A DNA stretch of 56,092 nt from a virus (lineage: Duplodnaviria; Caudoviricetes). The notes beneath the pieces were generated by a model. The model was not told where the DNA came from. It did not search any database and saw only the letters and a program-made list of their open reading frames with translations. The stretch covers positions 1 to 56,092 of the IMG/VR virus record IMGVR_UViG_3300036851_000592, one strand, 5' to 3'. Of the stretch, positions 26,533 through 36,931 are shown in pieces. Within the stretch, counting starts at the first letter, position 1, and the number at the start of each line of letters is the position of its first letter. Both the position numbers and the translations under genes were made by a program.

Positions 26533-28467
26533 TCAGCGCATCATGAATCTTGAGCGGCTCTGCACGGGCCGCTTTTTCTGTTGCGAAGGCCTGAGCGGCG
26601 CCGCCGCGTTGGCAACGACGAACATGCCTTCGTCATCGGACGGCCGCTCAGCCTCCTCGGAATGGCGCTTGGCGTCCTCTTTCATCGCAGCCTCTTGCAT
26701 GAGGCGCTGAACCTTGCCCCAATGAATGACCATCGATCTGAGCGCGGCGAAGGCGTAGACGCGGCAATCGAGCGCTTCGTTCCGCTGACCGGGTTTCGGT
26801 TCCCAAGATCGCACCTTGATGCCGCGAACCAAAGTCCACACGGCTTGCTCAGCGGTCATCTGCTCATACCATGCCGGGTCACGGCCCATCGGGAAATGGC
26901 AATAGCCGGGCCCGGGATTTTTAATGCGCAAGCGCCCGAAGATAATGTCCTTCGCCCCGTCGACGCCAATGCCGAAAAGGTTGTCGATCTTGCCTTTGTT
27001 ATTCTTGATGTTGAATTTCGGCCAGATCGGCCGGCCGGGCCCGGGCATGCCCTTGATCGCGTTGATGCGGCGGCCTTCCTTGTAGCGCACGAAGTTATAG
27101 ACGGCGTCGGTGAAGTGACCGGAGTCTATGCACGTTGCCTGAACCGGAAGCATGCGGCCGCCGGCGACGCGGGTCGGCCGCCTCAGATATTCGTCAAGAT
27201 CATCCCAGGGCGCTGGCGTCGAGAGATCGCCATAGATCACCTCGTGATCGAGCGACCAGGATTCCTCCTCAAGGCCCCAGCCAACGCGCTCGATCTCAAG
27301 GCGATCGCCCTGAACGTCGACTCCGCATGTGACCACCAGCACCGAGCCCGGCACGCCCTTCTCCCATTTCTCAGCCTGGGCGCGCTTGTGGAGCGCGTGA
27401 TGGTCAACTGTCTCGCCGCGGTCCTCCCACGTTTCGGCCATGACGGTATTCACGAACACCTGCATGAGGTAGGGATCGCCCTGAGCCGCGTGCCATTGCT
27501 TGACGACATCGGCCAGCTTGATCCACGGTGAGTACCATTGCGGGATATCGAAGCCCGCGATGCCTTCGCGCGGGCGCTGGCTTCGCCATTCGCCTTTCTG
27601 ATCGGCGTCCCAGCGCTGCTGATCGGTCCATGACGCCTTGCATTCCTCTTCGCAGCATTGATACCGCGCCGAGGCGTAGACCGGCTTGCCGTTCGCGTCC
27701 TTATCGTATTTCACCTGAGCCCAATTGAGCACCTGGAAAGAGCCGCACTTCCAACAGGGCACCCAGCGCTGAGCCTTGTCGCTCGCTTCATATTCTCGTT
27801 CCACAACACTCGCTCCTTTGATACCGGGTGACGAGCCGATGAACGTCTTGGCGTTCCAGAAATTGGTTTGCCGTTGGCGCGCGAGCGTGAGCGGGTCGCC
27901 CTCGGCCATCTTGCCGGCGCCGGCGGAACGCTGCCAGCGGTCCACTTCGTCCGCGAGCAGGATGCGAATCGGCCGGCTGGCGAGGCCCGAGGGAACGTTG
28001 GCCCCGACGAGCGCCATGTAGCCGCCGGGGAATGACTTCGAACGAATCGTGCCCTTGCTCGAGCGCGACTTCGTCTCGCCGACGCGATCGAGCACTTCCG
28101 GGTTGTCGCGAATCATCGGCTCGAGGCGCTGCTTTGACCATTCGCGCGCCGCCTCAAGCTCAGGCATGACGAGCAGGATCGGACCCGGGTCTTGATGCAC
28201 ATGGTAGCCGAAGGCGTTCAGCAATAGCTGCGTGAAGCCGACTTGCGTGCCCTTCTTGACCACGACGGTGTGCACCGAGGGATCGGTCCACGCATCCATG
28301 ATGTCTTGAAGGTAGGGCGCGCGGGACGTTTCCCACTGGCCAGGCTCGGCCGAGTCCTCAGGCGAAAGCTGCCGATACTGATCGGACCATTCGGAGAGCG
28401 TCAGTCTTGACGAAGGCTTGAAGCCAGCGAAAAAGAACTGCTCAAGCTGCCTTGTTGATTCTTGCAC
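26533..28467 (-). CDS. terL: Terminase large subunit (GpA family)
   Basis: KGTQVGFT, LLADEVDRW, EGDP, GVDVQ, IDSG, RNEALDC. Confidence 0.95.
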   Translation of the reverse strand: MQESTRQLEQFFFAGFKPSSRLTLSEWSDQYRQLSPEDSAEPGQWETSRAPYLQDIMDAWTDPSVHTVVVKKGTQVGFTQLLLNAFGYHVHQDPGPILLVMPELEAAREWSKQRLEPMIRDNPEVLDRVGETKSRSSKGTIRSKSFPGGYMALVGANVPSGLASRPIRILLADEVDRWQRSAGAGKMAEGDPLTLARQRQTNFWNAKTFIGSSPGIKGASVVEREYEASDKAQRWVPCWKCGSFQVLNWAQVKYDKDANGKPVYASARYQCCEEECKASWTDQQRWDADQKGEWRSQRPREGIAGFDIPQWYSPWIKLADVVKQWHAAQGDPYLMQVFVNTVMAETWEDRGETVDHHALHKRAQAEKWEKGVPGSVLVVTCGVDVQGDRLEIERVGWGLEEESWSLDHEVIYGDLSTPAPWDDLDEYLRRPTRVAGGRMLPVQATCIDSGHFTDAVYNFVRYKEGRRINAIKGMPGPGRPIWPKFNIKNNKGKIDNLFGIGVDGAKDIIFGRLRIKNPGPGYCHFPMGRDPAWYEQMTAEQAVWTLVRGIKVRSWEPKPGQRNEALDCRVYAFAALRSMVIHWGKVQRLMQEAAMKEDAKRHSEEAERPSDDEGMFVVANAAAPLRPSQQKKRPVQSRSRFMMR

Positions 28468-28936
28468 GATCCGCCTTTGCCAATGCTGAGAGGCTTTCCA
28501 TCGCCTTGTCGATCTCGGCGCGGATCATAGCTTCTTTTTGCGCGATGGTAAGTCCGTCATGCAATCGGGGCGCGAGTTTCGTCGGGATCGCATAGAGCTT
28601 CGAGCGAGCGATGCTCGTTGCCAGCGCGATCATTTCCTTGAGTTCCCCAAGCGGCGCATATTCGCCCTTAAGAATGGCGAGTTCCATTTCCGCCGTCTCG
28701 GTAGCCGCGCGCCGCTTGCGGTCACTCCAGGAATCCTGACTGGCATCGGCCTTCAGCGCGCGCTGGCGCAGGAACTTGATATAGCCTTGAACTGATCGAA
28801 CGAGATCAAAGCGGCCGCGTTCGGTCTTCACCAGCACGCCTTCGGCAACAAGCTGGTGGACGCGCTGCACGGACAAGTCAAGCAATTGGACGATGACCGC
28901 GATCGGATACGATGCGGATGGTGCTTTGTCAGCCAT
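28442..28936 (-). CDS. terS: Terminase small subunit (Nu1-like)
   Basis: N-terminal HTH LLDLSVQRVHQL..EG, RFDLVRSVQGYI; adjacent to terL. Confidence 0.85.
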   Translation of the reverse strand: MADKAPSASYPIAVIVQLLDLSVQRVHQLVAEGVLVKTERGRFDLVRSVQGYIKFLRQRALKADASQDSWSDRKRRAATETAEMELAILKGEYAPLGELKEMIALATSIARSKLYAIPTKLAPRLHDGLTIAQKEAMIRAEIDKAMESLSALAKADRARINKAA

Positions 28937-28945
28937 GACGCGATC

Positions 28946-29164
28946 CTAGAAGCACGCATCGCATGAGCAATGAGGCTGCTTGCCGCTATTGCAATACTCC
29001 GAGGCGTCATGCGGCGGATGGAAGCTCACCCCGGCGGCGCGCTCGCGATCACAATAGGCGCATTCGCCGGGCGGTGCCTTGTCACGGCGGCCGCCGATTG
29101 GTGTCTGGATCGTCAGTCGTCGTTTTTGAGAACGAGACATCTTCTCCATGCGTTCACTCCTCAT
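28946..29164 (-). CDS. Small Cys/His-rich hypothetical protein
   Basis: CAYC...HCSCDACF. Confidence 0.55.
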   Translation of the reverse strand: MRSERMEKMSRSQKRRLTIQTPIGGRRDKAPPGECAYCDRERAAGVSFHPPHDASEYCNSGKQPHCSCDACF

Positions 29165-29703
29165 GAAGCGGCAAGCCGTGCCGCGCGGTTTTCGAATTGC
29201 GCAGCCTCGAGCACGACGCGCGCGCGAGGCCATGCGATTTTCAGTTGCCCGACGACTGTACGCCCTTGAAGCTTGACGTTGAACTGGTCTTTGGGATCAT
29301 CGAAGTCGCCGATAATCGCTGACAGCACCGAGTGCTCGTTCGGAAATCTCCACGGACCATCAGCATGAAGAGAGCGCAATCGCGGGCAAAGCACCTTGGC
29401 ATGATCAGCGCACGCCCGGTGAAGCGGCGCCTCCGTCGTCATAAACCATCCCTCGTGGAACTGTCCGAGCTTGAACCACCAGCGATTCGAAGGCGGTGTC
29501 GGCTGACCGCAGACCGTGCAGATGAGCGCGGCGACTGAACGGCGCTGCCTGACCGGGTGAGGCTTCGCGAAGATGGGCTTGCCCTGGCCGGGCTTGTGAG
29601 GACACCAGACCGCCAAGCGCCCGTCTACCCAGCGGCACGGCCGGATTTCGTAGTCCAGCTCGCCGGTCCACATCGCATTCCAAGGGACGAGCGGGAGCGC
29701 CAT
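29161..29703 (-). CDS. Hypothetical protein with Cys motifs
   Basis: HPVRQRR...CTVCG, EAPLHRACA...CP. Confidence 0.65.
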   Translation of the reverse strand: MALPLVPWNAMWTGELDYEIRPCRWVDGRLAVWCPHKPGQGKPIFAKPHPVRQRRSVAALICTVCGQPTPPSNRWWFKLGQFHEGWFMTTEAPLHRACADHAKVLCPRLRSLHADGPWRFPNEHSVLSAIIGDFDDPKDQFNVKLQGRTVVGQLKIAWPRARVVLEAAQFENRAARLAAS

Positions 29704-30644
29704 TACATCTCGTCCACGATAATGGCCTTGACCGGGAACGTGCTGCCAGTGCGCGTTTTCTTTCGTAAGTTGTGGTGGCCGGCTTCCTTCCAGTCCGTGT
29801 ACGTCATGCGCTTGCGCCTCACGAGGCCCTCGACGGTGGTGGTTCCGAAATACGGGCGCGGGATTCCATCGCTGCCAAGATCAGCGTTGCTCGGCGACCA
29901 GAAGCCGCCGGGGTGACGGATGAGTGTGCCATCGCCGCCGGCGATCGCCGCATCAAGCGCGCGCTGCATTTCCCTGCTGATCTCTTTCGGCCAGGGTGCC
30001 ATTATATTTCGTCCTTCGGGATCAGGCGATACTCACACAGGCCATATCCATCAAATACCCGTTCGATCCATTCGAGCCAGACTCCATCATTCGTGCCCGT
30101 GATTCTGACCGGATGCCACGCGAACCATGGATGCCACTCCAGCCTTGCCAGACAGCGCTCCCTTTCATCCAAGCCAAGCTTCAGTCTCACTTTTCGTTCT
30201 CCACCTTTTTGAGGGCTGCATACATCAGCCCGACAAGATTGAAGTTACCGTAGAGCAATGTTTGGGGAATGAATGCTCCATCAAGGTGATGCATCGTGCC
30301 ATCGGCATTGTCGGGAATGGCTACCGGGAGCGAACGCTGGAAATCTCCCTTGTGAGAAGGAAGCGCCTCTTGCCATTCGTCGATGCTGTCATAGAAGGCC
30401 TTCGCTAGAGCCTCAGCGCGCTTTTGCCGTTCGGTGGTCATCGCTCTTCTCGCAGGATCGCGCGGCCGTGGTCTGTTATGCGCACAAATTGCACCGGGCG
30501 GCTGCTCGGGCTCGGGATATAACAGAAGTCGGCAAGCCCGTCGTCTCGCAGCCGCTGAACGACGCCCGGGTTTAGCTCCTGAGCGGGCACGGTAGCCTCG
30601 GCAAGTTCCCTCAAGGCGTCACGCGATGCCGGTTTCAGTTTCAT
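29703..30644 (-). CDS. Four coupled small hypothetical ORFs (29703-30002, 30002-30190, 30187-30441, 30438-30644)
   Basis: Chain of overlapping start/stop codons. Confidence 0.55.
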
Positions 30645-31924
30645 CGTTTTACTCCTTTACGCTTGAGCCTCTGTGTTCGAGCATCGAGGCCTTGGCCCGA
30701 GTCCTCGTGCTTAGCCTTGCGGCCGGTAAAAACTTCCCACCTTCTGACCGCCATGTCGACATAGACGGGATCAAGCTCGATCGCGTGGACGATGCGCCCG
30801 GTCATTTCGCCGGCGATGATCGTCGTGCCGCTTCCGCAAAACGGATCATAGATGTGGTCGCCGCCCTTCGAGTTGTTCTCGATCGGACGGCGCATGCACT
30901 CGACCGGCTTTTGCGTCGAGTGATTGGTGCGGCCATCATCGGTCTCGCCCTGCGTCGCATGCATCATCGGTATTTCCCAAACCGTCGCCTGCTTGCGATC
31001 GCCTGACCAGTGACCGGTCCGGCCTTCGCGGACCGCATACCAGCATGGCTCGTGTTGCCAATGATAATCGCCGCGGCCGATGGCAAAGTTATTCTTCGTC
31101 CAGATGATTTGAGAACGGATGATGAAGCCCGATGCCAACAGCCCGTTGGCGACGTCAGGCGCGTACACGCCGGCGTGCCAGACATAGGCGACATCGCCCG
31201 GGAACAGGGCCCACGCCTCGCGCCAGTCTTTGCGATCATCGTTCTCGACTTTGCCCAGCGCGTGGTTGCCGGTGCTGAATCGCTTTCCACTCTTTTTGTG
31301 AAACCGCTCAGCCTTCGGCCGCCAGCTTGCGTCATAGGCTACGCCGTAAGGCGGGTCGGTCACCATCAAGTGCGGCCGCGCCTTGCCCATCGCGAGTTCG
31401 ACGACGGCCGCCTTGGTCGCATCGCCGCAGACGAGCCGATGCGAGCCGAGCAGCCAAACATCGCCGGGCTCGACACCGATCGCCGCGCGCGGCTCAGGAA
31501 CCTCGTCCGCTTCACTTTCAGAGCCGATTGATCTCGCCAGCGAGGCCGCGAGTTCGCCCGGATCAAACCCGGTCAGATCGAGATTGAAGCCATCGACCTG
31601 GAGCCCCGCAAGCTCAGCCGCGAGCTTGTCCAAATCCCACTCCGCTTCCTCGCCGGTGCGGTTATCGGCGATGCGATAGGCGCGTGCCTGAGCGGGTGTC
31701 AGGTCTTTTGCGACGTGAACGGGAATCTCTTTCATTCCCAGGCTTTTCGCCGCTTCCCATCGCGTATGCCCGACGATGATCACGCGCTTGCGATCGACAA
31801 CGATCGGCTGACGCCATCCGAATTCCTTGAGCGCGCCGGCGACCTTGGCCACAGCGCTCTCGTTTCGGCGTGGATTGTTCGGGTACGGAGCGATGGAACC
31901 GATGGGAACTAAGGCGACATCCAT
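30641..31924 (-). CDS. ParB-N-domain-fused N6-A/N4-C DNA methyltransferase
   Basis: PYPNNPRRN...IIVGHTR (ParB-N); TDPPY, HSTQKP, DPFCGSGTT. Confidence 0.92.
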   Translation of the reverse strand: MDVALVPIGSIAPYPNNPRRNESAVAKVAGALKEFGWRQPIVVDRKRVIIVGHTRWEAAKSLGMKEIPVHVAKDLTPAQARAYRIADNRTGEEAEWDLDKLAAELAGLQVDGFNLDLTGFDPGELAASLARSIGSESEADEVPEPRAAIGVEPGDVWLLGSHRLVCGDATKAAVVELAMGKARPHLMVTDPPYGVAYDASWRPKAERFHKKSGKRFSTGNHALGKVENDDRKDWREAWALFPGDVAYVWHAGVYAPDVANGLLASGFIIRSQIIWTKNNFAIGRGDYHWQHEPCWYAVREGRTGHWSGDRKQATVWEIPMMHATQGETDDGRTNHSTQKPVECMRRPIENNSKGGDHIYDPFCGSGTTIIAGEMTGRIVHAIELDPVYVDMAVRRWEVFTGRKAKHEDSGQGLDARTQRLKRKGVKR

Positions 31925-31949
31925 GTACAGTAAAATCCAAAATTCAAAA

Positions 31950-32030
31950 TTCGAAATCTAGCGGCGAATCGAGCTGGCGAATTACCCTCGATGGTGCGGT
32001 GCGGGGGGCCCCACCTCGTTTGTTTTGCAG
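31950..32030. other. Candidate cos/packaging initiation region
   Basis: Non-coding gap upstream of the methylase-terminase block; minus strand GGGGCCCCCC...CGAGGGTAATTCG; position-based inference. Confidence 0.35.
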
Positions 32031-32101
32031 CGCGACATCCTTCGTTCGCAAGAGCGAAATGGGTAGGGCCATATGCGCAACGGCACTGCGACATGGCGAC
32101 G

Positions 32102-32803
32102 TCAAGGTCTCGCCGTTGCGATAGCGTCACGCACTGAGGCGCGCAAGGTCGGGCCTATAACCGCGCGCACGGTCTTCGTCACGTTCGCCCTGAACCCTAG
32201 CTGCGGCCTGTAGCTCGCCGTGCGCTCGAGCGCCACGAGGAAGCTCAACGTCGTTGCGCCGCGCGCCGCTGAGCCGCCTAGCTTCTTGCCGGCGCCCTTG
32301 AGCTTGAGCGCACCCTTCGTGCCGCTAGAACCGTCACGGCGCTTGCCGCGCTTGGGCCTCGCGTAGATGCCAGGCGGAAGATGAGCGGTGCGCCCCTTGC
32401 CCGTTGAGACGAACACGTCGCTTCGCTGTACGAGCGATTTGATTTTGCCTTTCGGGATGTTGCCGAATGCATTGACGGGCTGATCGACGGGCACGGTGAT
32501 CGGCCGCCCGGGCTTGGGCGCGCGCTGGCCACCGGTCTCGGCGATCTCCAAGTAGCGCGACTGGATGTCCTTCACGATCACCCAAGCCGTGAGGTTCTCG
32601 CGAGTCGCAGGAATGATCGCGATGCCGCTTTGCGTGAACGGTGTTGGACGATCGAGCGTGAAGCGCATCTGCGGCTCGAACTCCTTGGCCGCGATTCTCG
32701 CCGTTTGCGTGAGACCTCGGGCGAGGCCAAACCGGATATTGCGCTCGACTCGATGGAGATCCCGATTCGTTGGGCCAGCGTCGACTCGGCCGGGAATCAG
32801 CAT
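32102..32803 (-). CDS. Basic hypothetical protein (gpZ-like)
   Basis: LTQTA...LDRPTPFT, RYL...GGQR..K, GNIPKG. Confidence 0.6.
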   Translation of the reverse strand: MLIPGRVDAGPTNRDLHRVERNIRFGLARGLTQTARIAAKEFEPQMRFTLDRPTPFTQSGIAIIPATRENLTAWVIVKDIQSRYLEIAETGGQRAPKPGRPITVPVDQPVNAFGNIPKGKIKSLVQRSDVFVSTGKGRTAHLPPGIYARPKRGKRRDGSSGTKGALKLKGAGKKLGGSAARGATTLSFLVALERTASYRPQLGFRANVTKTVRAVIGPTLRASVRDAIATARP

Positions 32804-33705
32804 AAGAACTCAGCGGACATGCCAAAACTGCATGCAACTCTGCGTGCGAATTCTTCCATGAAATCGACGGACAATTCACAGTCACTCGGGAATGTGTTCG
32901 TCGAGACCAATAGGCCCGGCTCGATCTCGACCCACGTGGTTGCACCCGCAATGGCTGGGCAAGCCGCCGCAGCGAGCGCTGCCAGCGAATCGCTGATGAA
33001 CGCGCGCCGGTTCATGCCGCCGCTCCATCGCGAATCATGAAAGCGATGTACAGATGTTCCTTGAGCGGATGACCGGGCCTGACCGTCGCGTGAAAATCCA
33101 TCTCCAAAATATCGATGCAACCACCGTCGATCTCGTCGGCCATCTTCCGCAGGGCAGTTGCGATGCGCGTCGAACTCGTCTCCGAGCCATTGAGGACTAT
33201 CACATCGCCCGGCTCGAACGCATCCTGGGCGGCCATCCCGGGTGAGCCAACGGCTGCGAGGCCGAGGAGGGCGAGCGCTGAGCGTCGAGTACTCGGCATC
33301 AGGGCTGATCCATCGTGAAAATCGCAACAAGCGCGGCGTTCAGCCAAAAGTCGAGCGTCATGCGTGAAAATCCTCGAACGTTGCGCGCCACGGAACACCG
33401 ACGTTCGGCCAGCAGGGATCGGATCCGAAATCTGGGCATGGCTCGATTTGCCCAGGCCAATACGCCAAATCCGCATCACATCCCGCAGGATCAGGGCCGA
33501 AAAATCCGACCGATTCGCCCGGCGAAGCCTTCGCAACGGCGCGGCAAACCTGATCGAGCACAAGCCCGCCGGCTGCTGTTGCCGCGGCGCCTGTGAGAAA
33601 TTTTCTGCGATCCATCTGAACACCCAAGGGCTTGACCGCCAGGTCGGCCTTGGGCGGAACAACCTGGCGGTCGGGGCGAACGATTCCAGCGGAGGGGAAC
33701 TCCAA
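32797..33705 (-). CDS. Cluster of small hypothetical ORFs, several starting with RR-FL/RR-FI-type peptides; boundaries uncertain
   Basis: MNRRAFISD, MPSTRRSALALL, MDRRKFLTG starts. Confidence 0.35.
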
Positions 33706-33750
33706 TGGCGTCGAACGAGTCGGGAAGCTACGCCTATTTTTGCGAATCGG

Positions 33751-34362
33751 TCAAGTCCCCATCGATTTGAGGCTGTTCGCGAGGCCCTTCAAGCGCTCGG
33801 CCATCGCGGCGCGCTCCTCAGGCGTCCGCGGATATTTTTTCGCCTCTTCCGCTTCGCGTTGTCGGCGATTGTACTCGGCGATGTGCTGCTGAGCGCGCAG
33901 CCTCACGACGTCGAATCGCGCCTTGATCGTCTCGCAAGCTTCGCGAACATCCGAGGCCTTCGGGTTGTGACCGAGTCGACCAGGCAAGCCGGTGTACACG
34001 TCGACGACTTCGATGCAAACGCGCTCGCTGTAGTTCGAGAGAACTTCGATCAACGCGATGAAGTAGCCTTTGGGATCATGCGGAGCGAGTTCGGGAAATC
34101 CGCGCATGAGCAATTCGGCGAAACGCTGTGCACGGAGGATATTGGGATCGTCCCTGAGCGGCCGCGCGCTGTAATCGAACTCGGCGATGAACCGCTGACA
34201 GACTTCGGGCGGAAGGAGTTTCGAGTTCGACGCCGGCGGCGCGCTAGTGTTCAGAACGGCCAGTGCGTTCGCGAATCCTTTCGCCGACATCGCGGACTGC
34301 CTCTGCAAGTCCCTGCCGCGTGCCAGGTCGAGCGACGGTTGTCTTGCGATGGTTGTCGTCAT
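33751..34362 (-). CDS. Hypothetical replication-associated protein
   Basis: Overlaps the end of the initiator gene (lambda P position). Confidence 0.55.
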   Translation of the reverse strand: MTTTIARQPSLDLARGRDLQRQSAMSAKGFANALAVLNTSAPPASNSKLLPPEVCQRFIAEFDYSARPLRDDPNILRAQRFAELLMRGFPELAPHDPKGYFIALIEVLSNYSERVCIEVVDVYTGLPGRLGHNPKASDVREACETIKARFDVVRLRAQQHIAEYNRRQREAEEAKKYPRTPEERAAMAERLKGLANSLKSMGT

Positions 34363-35533
34363 AGGCGCCCTCCATCAGGCTGGTGAACGATTCGGCTTGA
34401 AGCAGGAATTTGAACGAGCAGCGAAAGTCGGTCCTCTCACCACGGAGGAATTTGCTTGCGCGAACTTTTGCCATTGCGATTTTCCATCCGTCAAGTCCGC
34501 CGCAATCGGCGAGTCTCGCCCTGAGCTTGCCCTTTCGTGTGTCGGAAAGGTTCTGGCACTGAGCGAGGCTGAGGTCTCGGGCAACATCATTCCACAGCGC
34601 GACCGCCTGCTTGAGTTCGGAAGCAGAGACCAAAGGCGGCTTTGTCGCGCTCGCCGAGGACGAGAGAGATACAGGGGATTCTGTTTCAATGGGATCTCCG
34701 AAGGAAAAGTCAGTCTCCGAACTATCCAGAATCTCCTCCCTCTTATCTCCTCCTATTATCTCCTCCCTCTGAAACATCTTTTCCACTTTCGCAGGTTGCG
34801 ACAAGGCTGTCGCATTTCCAATTTCCCCATTCGCATTTGCGACAGATTTTGTCGCAAGTGCGACTGAGCCAGTCGCAAGTTGTTTTTTGCCGTATACTTT
34901 CCTCATGCAAAGCTCAGCAAGCTTTTCCCTAGAATAGATCGACAGAAATTCCTCTACCGACATGTCCTTTTTGAGTATATTGCAGGATTTGCAAGCGGCA
35001 ACGAGGTTGTTGAGATCGTTAGTTCCATTCTTTTTACGTGAGACTTTATGGTCTATCTCCAGCGTGTTCGCGCGCTTGCGGTAGTAAGTGATTTCCGAAT
35101 GGCAGTAATAGCACTGGCCTTTCTGACGCTCGCATAGGAGTTTGGGAATTGTACTGAATAGATCGGCCGGTTTCTTTGGCTCCTGGCTTTCCCAACTGAC
35201 GAACTTAGCAACGTCGTCGTCGATCGGGAATAGATATGACGGCGATTTCGGGCGTTGCCATTGGCAGAAGTTCCGAATTGCCCCTAAATGTTGCCCATCA
35301 CTATGAAAGTCACGAATCATGTTCTCGGCCGCAAGTATATGTAGGGTCTTGATGATATCGACCGGGTCGACCGGAAAGAGGCGAACTTTCAGGGTTGTCG
35401 CACGCCATTTGAAGATGCCGCGGTCATCGGATTCGGTCAATAATCCTATGAAAAGGAGCCGGGCTTCATAGGGAACATTTAGGAATGCATCGTCGGTAAA
35501 AAGACCCGGATGAACACTTCTGATTCTGGCCAT
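34244..35533 (-). CDS. Replication initiator with in-frame HNH domain
   Basis: MARIRSVHPGLFTD...DDRG N-terminus; CYYC..IDH..NLVAACKSCN..K; SKFLRG..F.FLL....LMEGAYD C-terminus. Confidence 0.8.
   Translation of the reverse strand: MARIRSVHPGLFTDDAFLNVPYEARLLFIGLLTESDDRGIFKWRATTLKVRLFPVDPVDIIKTLHILAAENMIRDFHSDGQHLGAIRNFCQWQRPKSPSYLFPIDDDVAKFVSWESQEPKKPADLFSTIPKLLCERQKGQCYYCHSEITYYRKRANTLEIDHKVSRKKNGTNDLNNLVAACKSCNILKKDMSVEEFLSIYSREKLAELCMRKVYGKKQLATGSVALATKSVANANGEIGNATALSQPAKVEKMFQREEIIGGDKREEILDSSETDFSFGDPIETESPVSLSSSASATKPPLVSASELKQAVALWNDVARDLSLAQCQNLSDTRKGKLRARLADCGGLDGWKIAMAKVRASKFLRGERTDFRCSFKFLLQAESFTSLMEGAYDDNHRKTTVARPGTRQGLAEAVRDVGERIRERTGRSEH
34797..34877. repeat. Three palindromic TGCGAC-N6/7-GTCGCA repeats, candidate origin iterons
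   Basis: 34797-34814, 34837-34857 and 34859-34877, inside the initiator gene. Confidence 0.65.
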
Positions 35534-35575
35534 CTAGAGACTCCTTCACCGCTCGGCGGACGCCGGCAAAACGGT

Positions 35576-36154
35576 TCATGATGATACTCCCGCGAACTTG
35601 GCAGTCTCGTCGCCCCAGACCGAATTCCCGGGCCACGACTCGCGTGCGAATAGTTCGGCGCGATAACCCGATGGTGTCAATTGCTCGCAAAGTGAGCGCA
35701 TTTTATCGGGCTTTCTTGAGTGCTCACGCGCGAGGCCATCTATGAAATTCCGACACGATCGCGAGTCGCGCGGCGGATTGCCGAGCGTGCCAACGAGGAA
35801 CGGCTCACAGCACGAGCGGAACCGATAGCCGGGCCCGAGCCTGATTTTTCCGGTCTTGGTTCGCTTCGCCCAAGCACCGCCGGTGCAATATTTGAAGCCC
35901 CATGCATCGATGACTTCGAGCGCGAACGGAAGCCTCGGCCAGACCGCCCACAGGATCAAGAAGCAATGATCGCGCGCGAGGCGGTGAACCGGCAACGCTT
36001 TCAAGTCATCATCATTCATTGTGCGGTACTGATGCTCGGGCGCCTTGCGGTAGCCGCGCGGACTTCGCATCTCATAGCGCCAGGGCGGGTCCGCGAGGAT
36101 CAGATTGTAGCTGAGCGGCCGAAGGTCACCGAATGGCCACGCGTCGGTTTTCAT
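35576..36154 (-). CDS. MT-A70 family adenine methyltransferase
   Basis: ILADPPW, WGFKY, EHSRKP, ELFAR. Confidence 0.92.
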   Translation of the reverse strand: MKTDAWPFGDLRPLSYNLILADPPWRYEMRSPRGYRKAPEHQYRTMNDDDLKALPVHRLARDHCFLILWAVWPRLPFALEVIDAWGFKYCTGGAWAKRTKTGKIRLGPGYRFRSCCEPFLVGTLGNPPRDSRSCRNFIDGLAREHSRKPDKMRSLCEQLTPSGYRAELFARESWPGNSVWGDETAKFAGVSS

Positions 36155-36471
36155 GGATCAAGCTTGCGGACTTCGATCAGCTTGCAGGAGTCGATCGCGC
36201 GCTGACGCGCCACGCGCATTCCGCCTGACCAGCCGAGGTCGACATAGAACACGCATGCGTCGGCAACGTCGATCCACGCCCAGCCGGCCCGCATGCCGAG
36301 ATAGCGCTCCTTGGGATCAAGGTCATTGAGAATGCCGGGCTGAGTGAAGAGCAGATGACTGGCGATCGGCGCCTCGCCGCGATGCACGCTGTCGGCGACC
36401 GCCCTGCGGGCGTAATCGGTATTGAGCGCGACATCACCCGAGTAGGGACTTTCGATGATGACCCGTCTCAT
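36151..36471 (-). CDS. DUF4406/nucleoside deoxyribosyltransferase-like protein
   Basis: VIIESPYSGD, GEAPIASHLL, DLGWSGGM. Confidence 0.65.
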   Translation of the reverse strand: MRRVIIESPYSGDVALNTDYARRAVADSVHRGEAPIASHLLFTQPGILNDLDPKERYLGMRAGWAWIDVADACVFYVDLGWSGGMRVARQRAIDSCKLIEVRKLDP

Positions 36472-36931
36472 GCTTTGAGCCTCCCGCGCGCGGCGACTGT
36501 TAGAAATCCCCTCGTGCGTCTTATCCAGCCGCCGCCAAACGGGCTTGAATATTTGTCGCGGACGCGCCTGATTTCGATAAGCCCCTCCTCAACCAAGCGC
36601 TCCAGATCGGCATCGTCATGCTTGATGCCGCCTTCACAATTGATACGAATGCCGCCCGGTTCCATTGCTTTGGCGAGCAATTTGATTTGGCGCTCTCGCG
36701 ATCTATGCTTGTCCGCACTCATGGATCGACCGAAGTTCGGCCGCTGGCACCGATCGCGCCTGGGAAGCGCGGCTCGGCATTCAGATCGTCCAGCAAACGG
36801 TTTGCTTGGTCGACAGAGAATGAGCCAGCGACGAAGGCATCATAGATAACCGCGAACTCGCGCTCGTAGGACGACAGTTTGCACCACCGAAGGCTGCTGA
36901 AGAGATTCGCGGCCGCCCGAAAGATGTTCAT
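36468..36931 (-). CDS. Two hypothetical ORFs (36468-36722, 36719-36931)
   Basis: ATGA-coupled. Confidence 0.5.
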
